A DNA stretch of 64,000 nucleotides from Clostridiales bacterium (GTDB taxonomy: Bacteria > Bacillota > Clostridia > Christensenellales > CAG-138). Shown one piece after another: positions 36,514 through 45,425 of this stretch. Under the pieces are notes generated by a model, which was given only the letters and a program-made list of their open reading frames with translations, searched no databases and was not told the origin of the DNA. The stretch is from positions 92,102 to 156,101 of the forward strand of contig SFEL01000002.1 in the NCBI GenBank assembly GCA_004557245.1, written 5' to 3'. Both the position numbers and the translations under genes were made by a program. Position 1 is the stretch's first letter, and the number at the start of each line of letters is the position of its first letter.

Positions 36514-37362
36514 ATGAAAAAGCTGACGGTATTTATACTTACAATATGTGTGCTGTTTACGGCGGCAGCGGCCAATGCGGCGTCGCCCTCACCGGCTCCG
36601 GACGTTACGCCCTCGCCCACGCCTGCTCCAAACCCGGCCATAACGCCTTATTCCGGCAACGTGCCCGCCTTTTCCGGCCTTATCGGCATGAACTATTCCG
36701 GAGACGACGTGGTGCGTGTGCAGATACGCCTGCGGGACCTCTGCTACTTCAATTTCAAGCCCACCGGAATTTACCAGAGCATGACCGCCAATGCGGCAAA
36801 GGCCTTCCAGCTCAAGCACACCACCGATGACGGCGTGCCCATGATATCAGACGGTACCATAGGCGACCAGACCATGACCATACTCTTTCGCCACGGTGTG
36901 AGCAGAGCCGATATAGCGGCCAATATACCCATAGGCACCAGCCAGGTAAAGGACGGCGCCGTAAAAGGCGAGGCCATGGTATGGAGCGATGTGAAGGCTG
37001 CCCTGTCCGTGGGCAGTTCCTATCTCGTTACCGATTACAATACCGGCTCCACCTTCTACCTCCAGTACGCAGGCGGTGAAAACCACGCAGAGATGGAGGC
37101 CAGAGATTCCCAAAGCTCCGCCGCTGTGAGAGAGGTGTTCGGCGGTGAGTTCAATTTTTCAAAGCGAGCCGTGACCGTCACCATAAACGGCAAGCAGATA
37201 GCCGCGTCGCTTCAGGGCTGGCCCCACGGCCACGATACCATCCCTTCCAACGACATGAACGGGCATCTCTGCCTTTACTTTGACGGCAGCCTTTCCCACG
37301 TAGGCTCGCTGCCAGATGCCGAGCATCAGGAGCTTGTATACAGAGCTTCTGGCCAAAGCTGA
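36514..37362 (+). CDS. secreted PG_binding_1 protein, paralog (C-terminal domain) of 30867-32003
   Basis: Start moved to ATG 36514 (MKKLTVFILTICVLFTAAAANA signal peptide). Pro-rich linker, PG_binding_1, and a C-terminus alignable to the other gene (VTDYNTG/VTDVRTG; NGKQIAAS/NGKTVAAS; NGHLCLYF/DGHFCIHL). Confidence 0.5.
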   Translation: MKKLTVFILTICVLFTAAAANAASPSPAPDVTPSPTPAPNPAITPYSGNVPAFSGLIGMNYSGDDVVRVQIRLRDLCYFNFKPTGIYQSMTANAAKAFQLKHTTDDGVPMISDGTIGDQTMTILFRHGVSRADIAANIPIGTSQVKDGAVKGEAMVWSDVKAALSVGSSYLVTDYNTGSTFYLQYAGGENHAEMEARDSQSSAAVREVFGGEFNFSKRAVTVTINGKQIAASLQGWPHGHDTIPSNDMNGHLCLYFDGSLSHVGSLPDAEHQELVYRASGQS

Positions 37363-37377
37363 TCTTTAAGCGCGCAA

Positions 37378-37400
37378 AAGCCGGGAATATTTCCCGGCTT
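37378..37400. terminator. bidirectional terminator
   Basis: AAGCCGGGAA-TAT-TTCCCGGCTT between convergent genes. Confidence 0.75.
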
Positions 37401-37404
37401 ATTA

Positions 37405-37848
37405 TTAATCTCTTAAGCCCGCCCTGGCATCAAGTTCTTTATTGAGTATATCCGCCGCCTTGTCTATCACTGCTATCTCCTCCGGCGTGAGCTGCTCCAG
37501 AACGTTCCGTGTTATGGTCCTTACATTTTCCTCCAGCATGTCGCTATAACCGTAGAACTTCTCAGAAAGCTCAAGGTTGTATTCCCTGCCGTCCTCTTGC
37601 GAGGGCTGCCGTATTATATATCCCTTTTTCATGAGAGAATTGACCTTATATGTGGCATTCGACTGGGATATTCCTATGAACCGGGCAAATTGTCCTATTG
37701 TTGGTCTGCCCAGAGCGTATATTATCTCAAGCGAAAAAACCTCCATAGCACTGAGGCTCCCATCTCTTTCCCTTACTCGGGTAAATATCTTGCGATAGAA
37801 TTCCAGTCTCAGCTTTTGAAAGGTCTTTAGCATTTTTTCAAGCATCAT
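37405..37848 (-). CDS. MarR family transcriptional regulator
   Basis: 147 aa winged-helix (MEVFSLEIIYALGRPTIGQFARFIGISQSNATYKVNSLMKKGYI). Confidence 0.8.
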   Translation of the reverse strand: MMLEKMLKTFQKLRLEFYRKIFTRVRERDGSLSAMEVFSLEIIYALGRPTIGQFARFIGISQSNATYKVNSLMKKGYIIRQPSQEDGREYNLELSEKFYGYSDMLEENVRTITRNVLEQLTPEEIAVIDKAADILNKELDARAGLRD

Positions 37849-37904
37849 TCAGATTACGGCCTCGTATCCGGGCGAATCGCCCTGTTATCATGTATCTTAA
37901 TATA

Positions 37905-38207
37905 TCACATTAGGACTTTATCATTTTTTCCCATTCCTGTCAACGCGGCCTTTTTCTCTCTTTTTTCCTTGTATTTCATATATGTAGCCATGCCGCCGCG
38001 CATATGCCGCTCGTTCTTGTTTTTTTGCAGCACTTCGCGTACCTGCTCCGCCACATTGGGGTCGATATACCTGAGACGCTCACTCATATCCTTGTGAACT
38101 GTAGACTTGCTTATACCGAACTTCTTTGCGGCCTGTCGTACTGTAGCTCCGCTCTCGACTATATAATTCGCAACTTCCAATACCCTGTCCTCTATATATT
38201 CGTACAT
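37905..38207 (-). CDS. spoIIID: sporulation transcriptional regulator SpoIIID
   Basis: IEDRVLEVANYIVESGATVRQAAKKFGISKSTVHKDMSERL is nearly invariant in SpoIIID. Confidence 0.9.
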   Translation of the reverse strand: MYEYIEDRVLEVANYIVESGATVRQAAKKFGISKSTVHKDMSERLRYIDPNVAEQVREVLQKNKNERHMRGGMATYMKYKEKREKKAALTGMGKNDKVLM

Positions 38208-38352
38208 TTAGCCTTACCCCCAATATGCTTTGGTAAAGCTTATGAGCGGCATACGCCATGTATGCGGGACAGGGCTGCAATTATTTTTTGCAGTCAAAGG
38301 GAGTGCATCGACGCCCATTGTTTTTGATATGTTTTACTTTTTCGGCAGACTA

Positions 38353-38376
38353 AAAGAAGGCCTTACGGCCTTCTTT
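38353..38376 (-). terminator. rho-independent terminator of ppdK
   Basis: AAAGAAGGCC-TTAC-GGCCTTCTTT with TTTTAG on the minus strand. Confidence 0.75.
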
Positions 38377-38388
38377 AAATTTACTGCA

Positions 38389-41022
38389 TTACTTGTTTTC
38401 CTTTATGGCTGCCTGAGCTGCCGCAAGGCGAGCTATAGGTACGCGGAAGGGGGAGCATGATACGTAGTCCAGACCTACCTTATGGCAGAACTCGATGCTG
38501 GAGGGATCTCCGCCGTGCTCGCCGCAGATTCCCATGTGAATGTCGAAACGGGTCTCGCGGCCCATCTTGGCGGCCATTTTTACCAGCTTGCCAACGCCCT
38601 TCTGGTCGAGCTTGGCAAAGGGATCGTTCTCGTAGATTTTCTTGTCGTAATAGGCGTTCAGGAACTTGCCTGCGTCATCACGGCTGAAGCCGAAGGTCAT
38701 CTGGGTCAGATCATTGGTGCCAAAGGAGAAGAACTCAGCTTCCTTGGCGATCTCATCGGCAGTAAGTGCCGCGCGGGGGATCTCTATCATGGTACCTACC
38801 TTGTAGTCCAGCTTGAAACCGGCCTTTTCCATCTCTTCGTTGGCAGTCTTGGTGACGATCGCCTTAACATATGCAAGCTCCTTCACGTCGCCGATGAGAG
38901 GGATCATTATCTCGGGTACCAGGTTCCAGTCGGGATGCTTCTTCTGCACGTTGATGGCTGCACGAATGACCGCGCGGGTCTGCATTGCAGCGATCTCGGG
39001 GAAGGTAACGGACAGGCGGCAGCCACGATGACCCATCATGGGATTGAACTCATGGAGACTGGCAATGATGGCCTTTATCCGCTCAACGGTCTTGCCCTGC
39101 GCCTTTGCAAGCTGCTCAATGTCTGCTTCCTCGGTGGGAACGAACTCGTGAAGCGGGGGATCCAGGAAGCGAATGGTTACAGGGTAGCCTTCCATTGCCT
39201 CATAGATGCCCTCGAAGTCGCTCTGCTGCATGGGCAGCAGCTTTGCAAGAGCAGTCTCGCGCTCCTGAACGGTGTCGGAGCAAATCATCTCGCGGATAGC
39301 CTCGATGCGGTCGCCCTCAAAGAACATATGCTCGGTGCGGCAGAGACCGATGCCCTCTGCACCCAGTTCACGGGCCTTCTTAGCGTCGTGAGGAGTATCG
39401 GCGTTGGTGCGCACGCTGAGCTTGCGGTACTTGTCCGCCCAGCCCATGATGCGTCCGAACTCGCCGCTTATGGAAGCGTCAACAGTGGGGATAACGCCGT
39501 CGTATACGTTGCCGTTGGAACCGTCGAAGCTTATCCAATCACCCTCGTGATATGTCTTGCCAGAGAGGGTAAAGCACTTGTTTGCTTCGTCCATGGTGAT
39601 GGCAGAGCAGCCGGATACGCAGCACTTGCCCATTCCGCGGGCTACTACCGCCGCGTGGCTGGTCATGCCGCCGCGCACGGTCAGTATGCCCTGTGCGGCC
39701 TTCATGCCTTCGATGTCCTCGGGGCTGGTCTCAAGGCGTACCAGTACAACCTTCTCACCCTTTGCAGCCTCAGCCTTTGCATCCTCGGCGGTGAATACGA
39801 TCTTGCCGGAAGCAGCGCCGGGAGATGCGCCGAGAGCCTTACCTATTACTTCTGCCTTCTTGGCCGCTGCGGCGTCAAACTGGGGATGGAGCAGAGTATC
39901 AAGGGTGCGGGGCTCTATCATCGCCACAGCTTCCTGCTCGCTTATCATGCCCTCGTCCACCAGATCGCAGGCGATCTTCAGTGCGGCGGAGGCGGTACGC
40001 TTGCCGTTGCGGGTCTGGAGCATGTAGAGCTTCTGGTTCTCTACGGTGAACTCCATATCCTGCATGTCGCGGTAGTGCTTTTCAAGTATATTGCAAACAT
40101 CTTCAAACTGTGCAAATGCCTTGGGGAACTTCTCTGCCATCTCGCTGATGGGCATAGGAGTACGGACACCGGCCACAACGTCCTCGCCCTGAGCGTTGGT
40201 CAGGAACTCGCCAAACAGCTTCTTTTCGCCGGTGGCGGGGTTGCGGGTGAATGCAACGCCGGTACCACAGTCATCGCCCATGTTACCGAATGCCATCATC
40301 TGTACGTTTACAGCGGTGCCCCAGGAGTAAGGTATGTCGTTATCCCTGCGGTATACGTTGGCACGGGGATTATCCCAGCTGCGGAATACGGCCTTTATGG
40401 CATAGAGGAGCTGATCCTTGGGATCGTCGGGGAAATCCTTACCTATCTTCTTCTTGTATTCGCCCTTGAACTGATGGGCAAGGGTCTTGAGGTCATCGGC
40501 CGTGAGCTCGGTGTCCATGGTGACTCCGCACTCTGCCTTGAGCTTATCTATGAGCTGCTCAAAGTACTTTTTGCCAACCTCCATAACTACGTCGGAATAC
40601 ATCTGTATGAAGCGGCGATAGCAGTCCCATGCCCAGCGGGGGTTGTTGGACTTCTTTGCTATTACCTCTACTACCTTCTCATTCAGTCCCAGATTAAGTA
40701 TGGTATCCATCATGCCGGGCATGGAGGCCCTGGCGCCGGAACGGACGGATACCAGCAGGGGATTCTCACTGTCGCCAAACTTCTTGCCGGTGATCTTTTC
40801 CAGCTTGCCGAGATATTCGAATATCTCAGCTACGATATCCTCGTTGATCCACTTTCCGTCCTCATAGTACTGAGTGCAGGCTTCGGTAGTCACGGTAAAT
40901 CCCGGAGGAACAGGCAGACCCAAGCCGGTCATCTCGGCCAGATTTGCGCCCTTGCCGCCCAACAGCTCACGCATCTGGGCGTTGCCTTCGCTAAAAAGGT
41001 ATACGTACTTCTTCTTACTCAT
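38389..41022 (-). CDS. ppdK: pyruvate, phosphate dikinase
   Basis: 877 aa from ATG 41022 (RBS GGAGGAAACAA). GGKGANLAEM, catalytic GGMTSHAAVVARGMG, C-terminal PEP-utilizer TIM barrel (GICGEHGGDP). Confidence 0.95.
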   Translation of the reverse strand: MSKKKYVYLFSEGNAQMRELLGGKGANLAEMTGLGLPVPPGFTVTTEACTQYYEDGKWINEDIVAEIFEYLGKLEKITGKKFGDSENPLLVSVRSGARASMPGMMDTILNLGLNEKVVEVIAKKSNNPRWAWDCYRRFIQMYSDVVMEVGKKYFEQLIDKLKAECGVTMDTELTADDLKTLAHQFKGEYKKKIGKDFPDDPKDQLLYAIKAVFRSWDNPRANVYRRDNDIPYSWGTAVNVQMMAFGNMGDDCGTGVAFTRNPATGEKKLFGEFLTNAQGEDVVAGVRTPMPISEMAEKFPKAFAQFEDVCNILEKHYRDMQDMEFTVENQKLYMLQTRNGKRTASAALKIACDLVDEGMISEQEAVAMIEPRTLDTLLHPQFDAAAAKKAEVIGKALGASPGAASGKIVFTAEDAKAEAAKGEKVVLVRLETSPEDIEGMKAAQGILTVRGGMTSHAAVVARGMGKCCVSGCSAITMDEANKCFTLSGKTYHEGDWISFDGSNGNVYDGVIPTVDASISGEFGRIMGWADKYRKLSVRTNADTPHDAKKARELGAEGIGLCRTEHMFFEGDRIEAIREMICSDTVQERETALAKLLPMQQSDFEGIYEAMEGYPVTIRFLDPPLHEFVPTEEADIEQLAKAQGKTVERIKAIIASLHEFNPMMGHRGCRLSVTFPEIAAMQTRAVIRAAINVQKKHPDWNLVPEIMIPLIGDVKELAYVKAIVTKTANEEMEKAGFKLDYKVGTMIEIPRAALTADEIAKEAEFFSFGTNDLTQMTFGFSRDDAGKFLNAYYDKKIYENDPFAKLDQKGVGKLVKMAAKMGRETRFDIHMGICGEHGGDPSSIEFCHKVGLDYVSCSPFRVPIARLAAAQAAIKENK

Positions 41023-41103
41023 TTGTTTCCTCCACATTAAAATTTTTATATTTAACAATTTTTAACAAAAATAACATTGCCTAATCATTTCAGGCAATAT
41101 TGT

Positions 41104-41132
41104 ATTATACTCTTTTTTTCTTTGGGAAGCAA
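41104..41132 (-). promoter_or_regulatory. sigmaA promoter of ppdK (-35 TTGCTT, 17 nt, -10 TATAAT)
   Basis: Minus-strand read. It would give a leader of about 75-80 nt containing the hairpin ATTGCCT..AGGCAAT (41076-41098). Confidence 0.45.
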
Positions 41133-41211
41133 TAAAAAATATGACGATTTTGACGGAGAAATTGCATTTTTATTTGTTATTTATAAGACAATTGACGGCA
41201 TTGATGCATTT

Positions 41212-41949
41212 TTACATGGTGCCTATCCTATAGAAGGACTTCATTCTCCGTTCCAGTATGTGTTCTCCGTAGCCGCCAACTGCGCTGCGAAGCTCTGCGC
41301 GCACCTTTTCCGGAAGCGCTGCCTTGTCCATCTCGTCATCCCCGAGCAGCAGCATTCGCCGCATGGCCTCCAGGGACAGAGGGCTTATTCGTTTGGAGTC
41401 GCCTATCATGCAGTCGCTGCAAACGGCCCCGCCCGCCTCAGGGTCAAAGCCCATGCGGACATGACCGCGAATATCCTGCCCACAGCATGCGCAGGAGGTT
41501 ATGGCCGGGGTATAGCCCAACAGCGCTAAACACTTAATCGTGAAACATATGGCGAGATCCATGGGGTCTTTATCGGTAAATGCCATGTAGCTCAGCGCAT
41601 AGTATAAAAGCTTGAGCAGGCCGCCGCTCTTTTCACCCTCTGGGGCAAGATCGTTCACCAGCTCCAGCGCATGCATGCCGGCGGCAAATCTGTCCATATC
41701 CTGTCTCAGTGGGTAAAAGCTCTCCCTTACCTCACAGGAATCTACGGTATATTTGCCCTGCCGTTCAAACAATACGAATTCGCCGTAAACGAAAAGCTCG
41801 GCAGCGCTAAGAAGGGGGCTGTTCTGCCTCCTGCATCCCCTGGCTGCAGCGCCTATTATGCCGTTATCCGTCATTATGTTGACCATTCTGTCATTATCCC
41901 GGTAGTTTGCATAGCGGGTGACTATGCCCGAAACCTTCTTTGATGACAT
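41212..41949 (-). CDS. recO: DNA repair protein RecO
   Basis: 245 aa with an OB-fold N-terminus and Zn motif CACCG..CSDC. It sits in the conserved position after era. Confidence 0.85.
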   Translation of the reverse strand: MSSKKVSGIVTRYANYRDNDRMVNIMTDNGIIGAAARGCRRQNSPLLSAAELFVYGEFVLFERQGKYTVDSCEVRESFYPLRQDMDRFAAGMHALELVNDLAPEGEKSGGLLKLLYYALSYMAFTDKDPMDLAICFTIKCLALLGYTPAITSCACCGQDIRGHVRMGFDPEAGGAVCSDCMIGDSKRISPLSLEAMRRMLLLGDDEMDKAALPEKVRAELRSAVGGYGEHILERRMKSFYRIGTM

Positions 41950-42039
41950 ATTCGCCCACTCCTTCCATTAATTATCCGGCTTGCAAGACGACCAGATGCA
42001 GATACTAAGCTATAATCAAAAACAGGACGGTCGCATCAC

Positions 42040-42168
42040 ATGAAGCAGAACGATACCAGCAAAAGTATCACCCAATCCAGGCACGACTCACCATGGCAGA
42101 AGTTTCTCCGCACAGGCAGCGTGGAAGATTACCTCGCCTATAAAAAAAGCCTTACGGGGCGGCCGTAA
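42040..42168 (+). CDS. 42-aa YqzL-like small protein (below ORF-track cutoff), opposite orientation to era/recO
   Basis: Own translation: MKQNDTSKSITQSRHDSPWQKFLRTGSVEDYLAYKKSLTGRP. The W..F..TG.v..YL.YK pattern matches my recollection of the YqzL family, which sits between era and recO in Bacillus. TATAAT at 42011-42016 and AGGACGG RBS. Confidence 0.4.
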   Translation: MKQNDTSKSITQSRHDSPWQKFLRTGSVEDYLAYKKSLTGRP

Positions 42169-42178
42169 AGCCGCCCCG
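42142..42178. terminator. terminator between era (-) and the small plus-strand ORF
   Basis: CGGGGCGGC-CGTAAA-GCCGCCCCG, with alternative pairing GCCTTACGG/CCGTAAAGC. A7 on plus equals U7 on minus. Confidence 0.7.
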
Positions 42179-42182
42179 AGAT

Positions 42183-43079
42183 TTATTCGTAGCCCAGTTC
42201 CTTCATTACTGAGGCGCTGTTGCGCCAGTCGTTCTTTACCTTTACCCATAGCTGAAGGTTTACCCGGGTACCGAGCAGCCACTCCATGTCCTTGCGTGCC
42301 TCGCTGCCTATCCTTTTGAGCATACTGCCCTGGCGGCCAATTATTATGCCCTTGTGGCCTTCCCTCTCGCAGTATATGGTGGCCCATACGTCGTACATGC
42401 CGTCGTCCCTGAGAACCATCTTGTCCACGCCGACGCCTATGCCGTGGGGAACCTCCTCTTTGAGCAGCGTCAGTGCTTTTTCCCGTATTATCTCGCCGCA
42501 TATAACACGCTCCGGCTGATCAGTGACCATGTCCTCCGGAAAATACTGAGGGCCTTCCACAAGGCAGGCTTTAAGGGCTGCCTCCAGCTTGTCCATACCC
42601 CTGCCTTCAGCGGCGGATATCTTGATTATCTCTTTTATAAAGCTCTCTTTTTCAAGGCGCTCCCTGGCAGTCTCGATGTTATCCAGCGTAGCTGCATCCG
42701 CCTTGTTTATGGCGGCTATCACCGGCGCCCTTGCCGTACGCAGCTTTTCTATTATGGCCTCGTCTTTTTCGCGTATGCCGTTCACGGCGTCCACCATGAA
42801 AAGTATGGCCTCCACCTCGTTGAGCGAATCGTAGGCCACCTTTACCATATATTCGCCCAGCTTGTTTTTGGGCAGCGTAACGCCGGGTGTGTCCAGAAAT
42901 ACCATCTGATACCCCTTACGGCTGACTACGCCCATTATCCTGTTACGGGTAGTCTGCGCCCTCTGGGAAACTATGGACACCTTCTGCCCCACAAAACGGT
43001 TCATCAGGGTGCTTTTGCCTACGTTTGGGCTGCCTATTATGGTGACAAACCCGGAAAGGTACTTGGGCTCAGGCATCAT
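42183..43079 (-). CDS. era: GTPase Era
   Basis: G1 GSPNVGKST, G3 DTPG, G4 NKAD, C-terminal KH domain. Confidence 0.95.
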   Translation of the reverse strand: MMPEPKYLSGFVTIIGSPNVGKSTLMNRFVGQKVSIVSQRAQTTRNRIMGVVSRKGYQMVFLDTPGVTLPKNKLGEYMVKVAYDSLNEVEAILFMVDAVNGIREKDEAIIEKLRTARAPVIAAINKADAATLDNIETARERLEKESFIKEIIKISAAEGRGMDKLEAALKACLVEGPQYFPEDMVTDQPERVICGEIIREKALTLLKEEVPHGIGVGVDKMVLRDDGMYDVWATIYCEREGHKGIIIGRQGSMLKRIGSEARKDMEWLLGTRVNLQLWVKVKNDWRNSASVMKELGYE

Positions 43080-43489
43080 TTGAGATTCCTCTTTGTGAAA
43101 GCCTCGGGCAGCAGCGCGCGCAGCTCCATTATCTTATACTCGCCTTCTTTATTTGAGCATATCACCGGCATATCAGGCGCACAGAATTCAGCCAGAACCT
43201 GACGGCACACTCCGCAGGGCACAGCGTAGTCGTCGCCGTCCCATATTATGGCCAGCGCATCGAATTCACGCTCTCCTTCGTATACTGCCTTGAAAATAGC
43301 TGTACGCTCGGCGCAGTTGGTAGGGGTATATGCGGCGTTCTCTATGTTGCAGCCAAGATAATAGGCACCGTTCTTTGCCTTGAGGCAGGCGCCCACATGG
43401 AACTTTGAATAAGGCGCATACGCCCTGTCCCTTGCTTCCTCCGCCATGCGGATCATGTTCTTTATTTCGTAATCGTGTATCTCAATCAT
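43076..43489 (-). CDS. cdd: cytidine deaminase
   Basis: CAERTAI and PCGVCRQ zinc motifs. Confidence 0.9.
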   Translation of the reverse strand: MIEIHDYEIKNMIRMAEEARDRAYAPYSKFHVGACLKAKNGAYYLGCNIENAAYTPTNCAERTAIFKAVYEGEREFDALAIIWDGDDYAVPCGVCRQVLAEFCAPDMPVICSNKEGEYKIMELRALLPEAFTKRNLK

Positions 43490-43923
43490 CTTTCCACTCC
43501 AATGCCGTCAAGTATTTCGTCCTGAAGGGCAAACATGTTCTTTGAATCCTCATCGGTCATATGGTCGTATCCAAGGAGGTGCAGCGTGCCGTGCACAGCC
43601 AGAAAGCTCAGTTCTCTCCTTATCGAGTGGCCGTATTCTTCAGCCTGGGCAACAGCCCTCGGGTAGGATATCACCAGATCTCCAAGAAATCCGTCAGGGG
43701 GTGCTATTATCTCCTCACCCTCCTCTGACGGAAAGCTTATCACGTCGGTAGGCCTGTCAACATTGCGGTATTCCTTATTGATGCCGTGTATGGTTTCGTC
43801 GTCCACCACCGTTACCGAAACGCTGCCCTCTCTATGCTGTTTTTTCAGCGCGCCCTCTATGGCGGCCGCTATTATGTCCGCCGCTTCATCCGGGACGTCG
43901 GTCCGTATTTCTATCTCTGTCAT
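43486..43923 (-). CDS. ybeY: rRNA maturation RNase YbeY
   Basis: AVHGTLHLLGYDH metal motif. Confidence 0.9.
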   Translation of the reverse strand: MTEIEIRTDVPDEAADIIAAAIEGALKKQHREGSVSVTVVDDETIHGINKEYRNVDRPTDVISFPSEEGEEIIAPPDGFLGDLVISYPRAVAQAEEYGHSIRRELSFLAVHGTLHLLGYDHMTDEDSKNMFALQDEILDGIGVER

Positions 43924-45425
43924 TCTTTCTTCGTCTCCTCAGGATACTCTATCCTGTCGTGCATAAGCCCGCCGAAAGTGCGCAAAAAGCTCTTTTCTAT
44001 GCTGCTTATATCTGCCAGTGTGAGCGGTACCTCGGAAAGCTGGTTTTCGCCGTCCGTCAGCTTGCTCCATATTATCTTATGCACCATGGCTTCCCGGGCC
44101 TCCTTGGTACAGTCTCCAAGGCTCCTTACTGCCGCTTCGCAGCAGTCCGCCAGCATCACTATGGCCCCCTCACAGGTGCTGGGCTTATTGCCGGGATAAC
44201 GGAAGTTCTTGGGGGTTACCTTCGGGTCGGTCTCCGCCGCCTTGCGGTAAAAGTACGTCATCATGGAATTGCCGTGATGCTCTGCCGCTATACGCACTAC
44301 AGCTCCGGGCAGCTTGTTCTTGGCAAGTATGGTGGCCCCGTCCTTCTGATGGGCGATTATTATCGAAGCGCTCTCCTGGGGGGACAGCGTATCGTGTATA
44401 TTCTCCGCCTGCTGGTTCTCCTTGAAATACTGGGGCCGCCTGAGCTTGCCAACGTCGTGGTAAGCCGCTCCAACCTTTGCCAGCAGGGCGTTTGCGCCTA
44501 TCTTTTCCGCCGCGCCTTCGGCCAGCGCCGCAACGTTCATGCAGTGCTGATAGGTACCGGGCGCATCATACATGAGCTGCTTTAAAAGCGGGTTGCCGGT
44601 ATTAAGCAGCTCGTTGAGCCGTGCTGGCGTGGCTATATCGAAAAGCTCCTCCCATATTGTCAGCGAACCTGTGACGAACAGTCCGGAGAACAGCGCCGAA
44701 AACAGTACACAGCCGGCGTATGTAAGTATCTCCCTTACAGTCGCGCCAAGGGCGATATATACCGCCGCCGTAACGGCAGCGCCTGCCGCTCCGCCTATGC
44801 CGGAGGCCGCTATCATGCCGCCTCTGGTATTGATGCGTTTGAGTGCAAACACCGAAGCTGCGCAGGAGGCTATGTTCGCCGCCATCATAACCGTGGCAGT
44901 CGTTGTAAGTATGCCCTCCGTCCCTCCCGCAAGCACTGCGGATTCAAGCCCTAAAAGCACGCCTGCCGCCAGCGCGGTTTTATGGTTCACGAGCTCGGCT
45001 ATGAGCAGCGCCGCCATAACCATTGGCGTAACATGAGGTTCAAGCATATTTCCGAGCACCTGCATCCACGGCATCAATGCAAGCTGTATACATACCATGG
45101 TCATAAGCTTTGCGCCGTCAAAGGTATCCCTCTGGTATACCGCCATGTAAACCGCGAACAGTATATAGGCTGCCGCTACGTATATCATGCTGCCTATCTG
45201 AGCCTGTGCCAGGTTCATCTCGGTGCCTTTCAACGCCTTACTTACAGCTACCGCCGCGCCGAGACAGGACAGCACCAGCGCCACAAGCAGTACCAATGCC
45301 GAAAGCGCGGCCCTCTGCCGCGACTCGAATGAGTTTTTATAATCACGCTGCTGCGACAATACTTTCGCCTCCTTGTGCGGTTTATTCGTATGTATATATG
45401 TATCAATCCCTGCTTCTGTGCTCAT
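43920..45425 (-). CDS. pgpH: 7TM-HD (HDIG) phosphohydrolase, PgpH-like c-di-AMP phosphodiesterase candidate, lacking the long N-terminal extracytoplasmic domain
   Basis: Seven TM segments, then an HD domain (QHCMNVAALAE, AAYHDVGK, IIAHQKDG, AAEHHGN), in the conserved phoH-pgpH-ybeY position. It is 501 aa; the roughly 700 aa typical length is from memory. Confidence 0.75.
   Translation of the reverse strand: MSTEAGIDTYIHTNKPHKEAKVLSQQRDYKNSFESRQRAALSALVLLVALVLSCLGAAVAVSKALKGTEMNLAQAQIGSMIYVAAAYILFAVYMAVYQRDTFDGAKLMTMVCIQLALMPWMQVLGNMLEPHVTPMVMAALLIAELVNHKTALAAGVLLGLESAVLAGGTEGILTTTATVMMAANIASCAASVFALKRINTRGGMIAASGIGGAAGAAVTAAVYIALGATVREILTYAGCVLFSALFSGLFVTGSLTIWEELFDIATPARLNELLNTGNPLLKQLMYDAPGTYQHCMNVAALAEGAAEKIGANALLAKVGAAYHDVGKLRRPQYFKENQQAENIHDTLSPQESASIIIAHQKDGATILAKNKLPGAVVRIAAEHHGNSMMTYFYRKAAETDPKVTPKNFRYPGNKPSTCEGAIVMLADCCEAAVRSLGDCTKEAREAMVHKIIWSKLTDGENQLSEVPLTLADISSIEKSFLRTFGGLMHDRIEYPEETKKE

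Noticed and set aside
38208-38300. SigmaE-type promoter upstream of spoIIID (TCATAA..CATATTGG)
   Set aside because: I cannot recall the spacing and consensus precisely enough, and the match is marginal.
38482-41040. 852-codon open frame on the plus strand
   Set aside because: It is exactly antisense to ppdK, whose product has unmistakable PPDK motifs. The composition (His/Tyr/Gly/Leu/Val/Ala-rich, with no motifs and no RBS) is typical of a shadow ORF produced by codon bias in a GC-rich gene.
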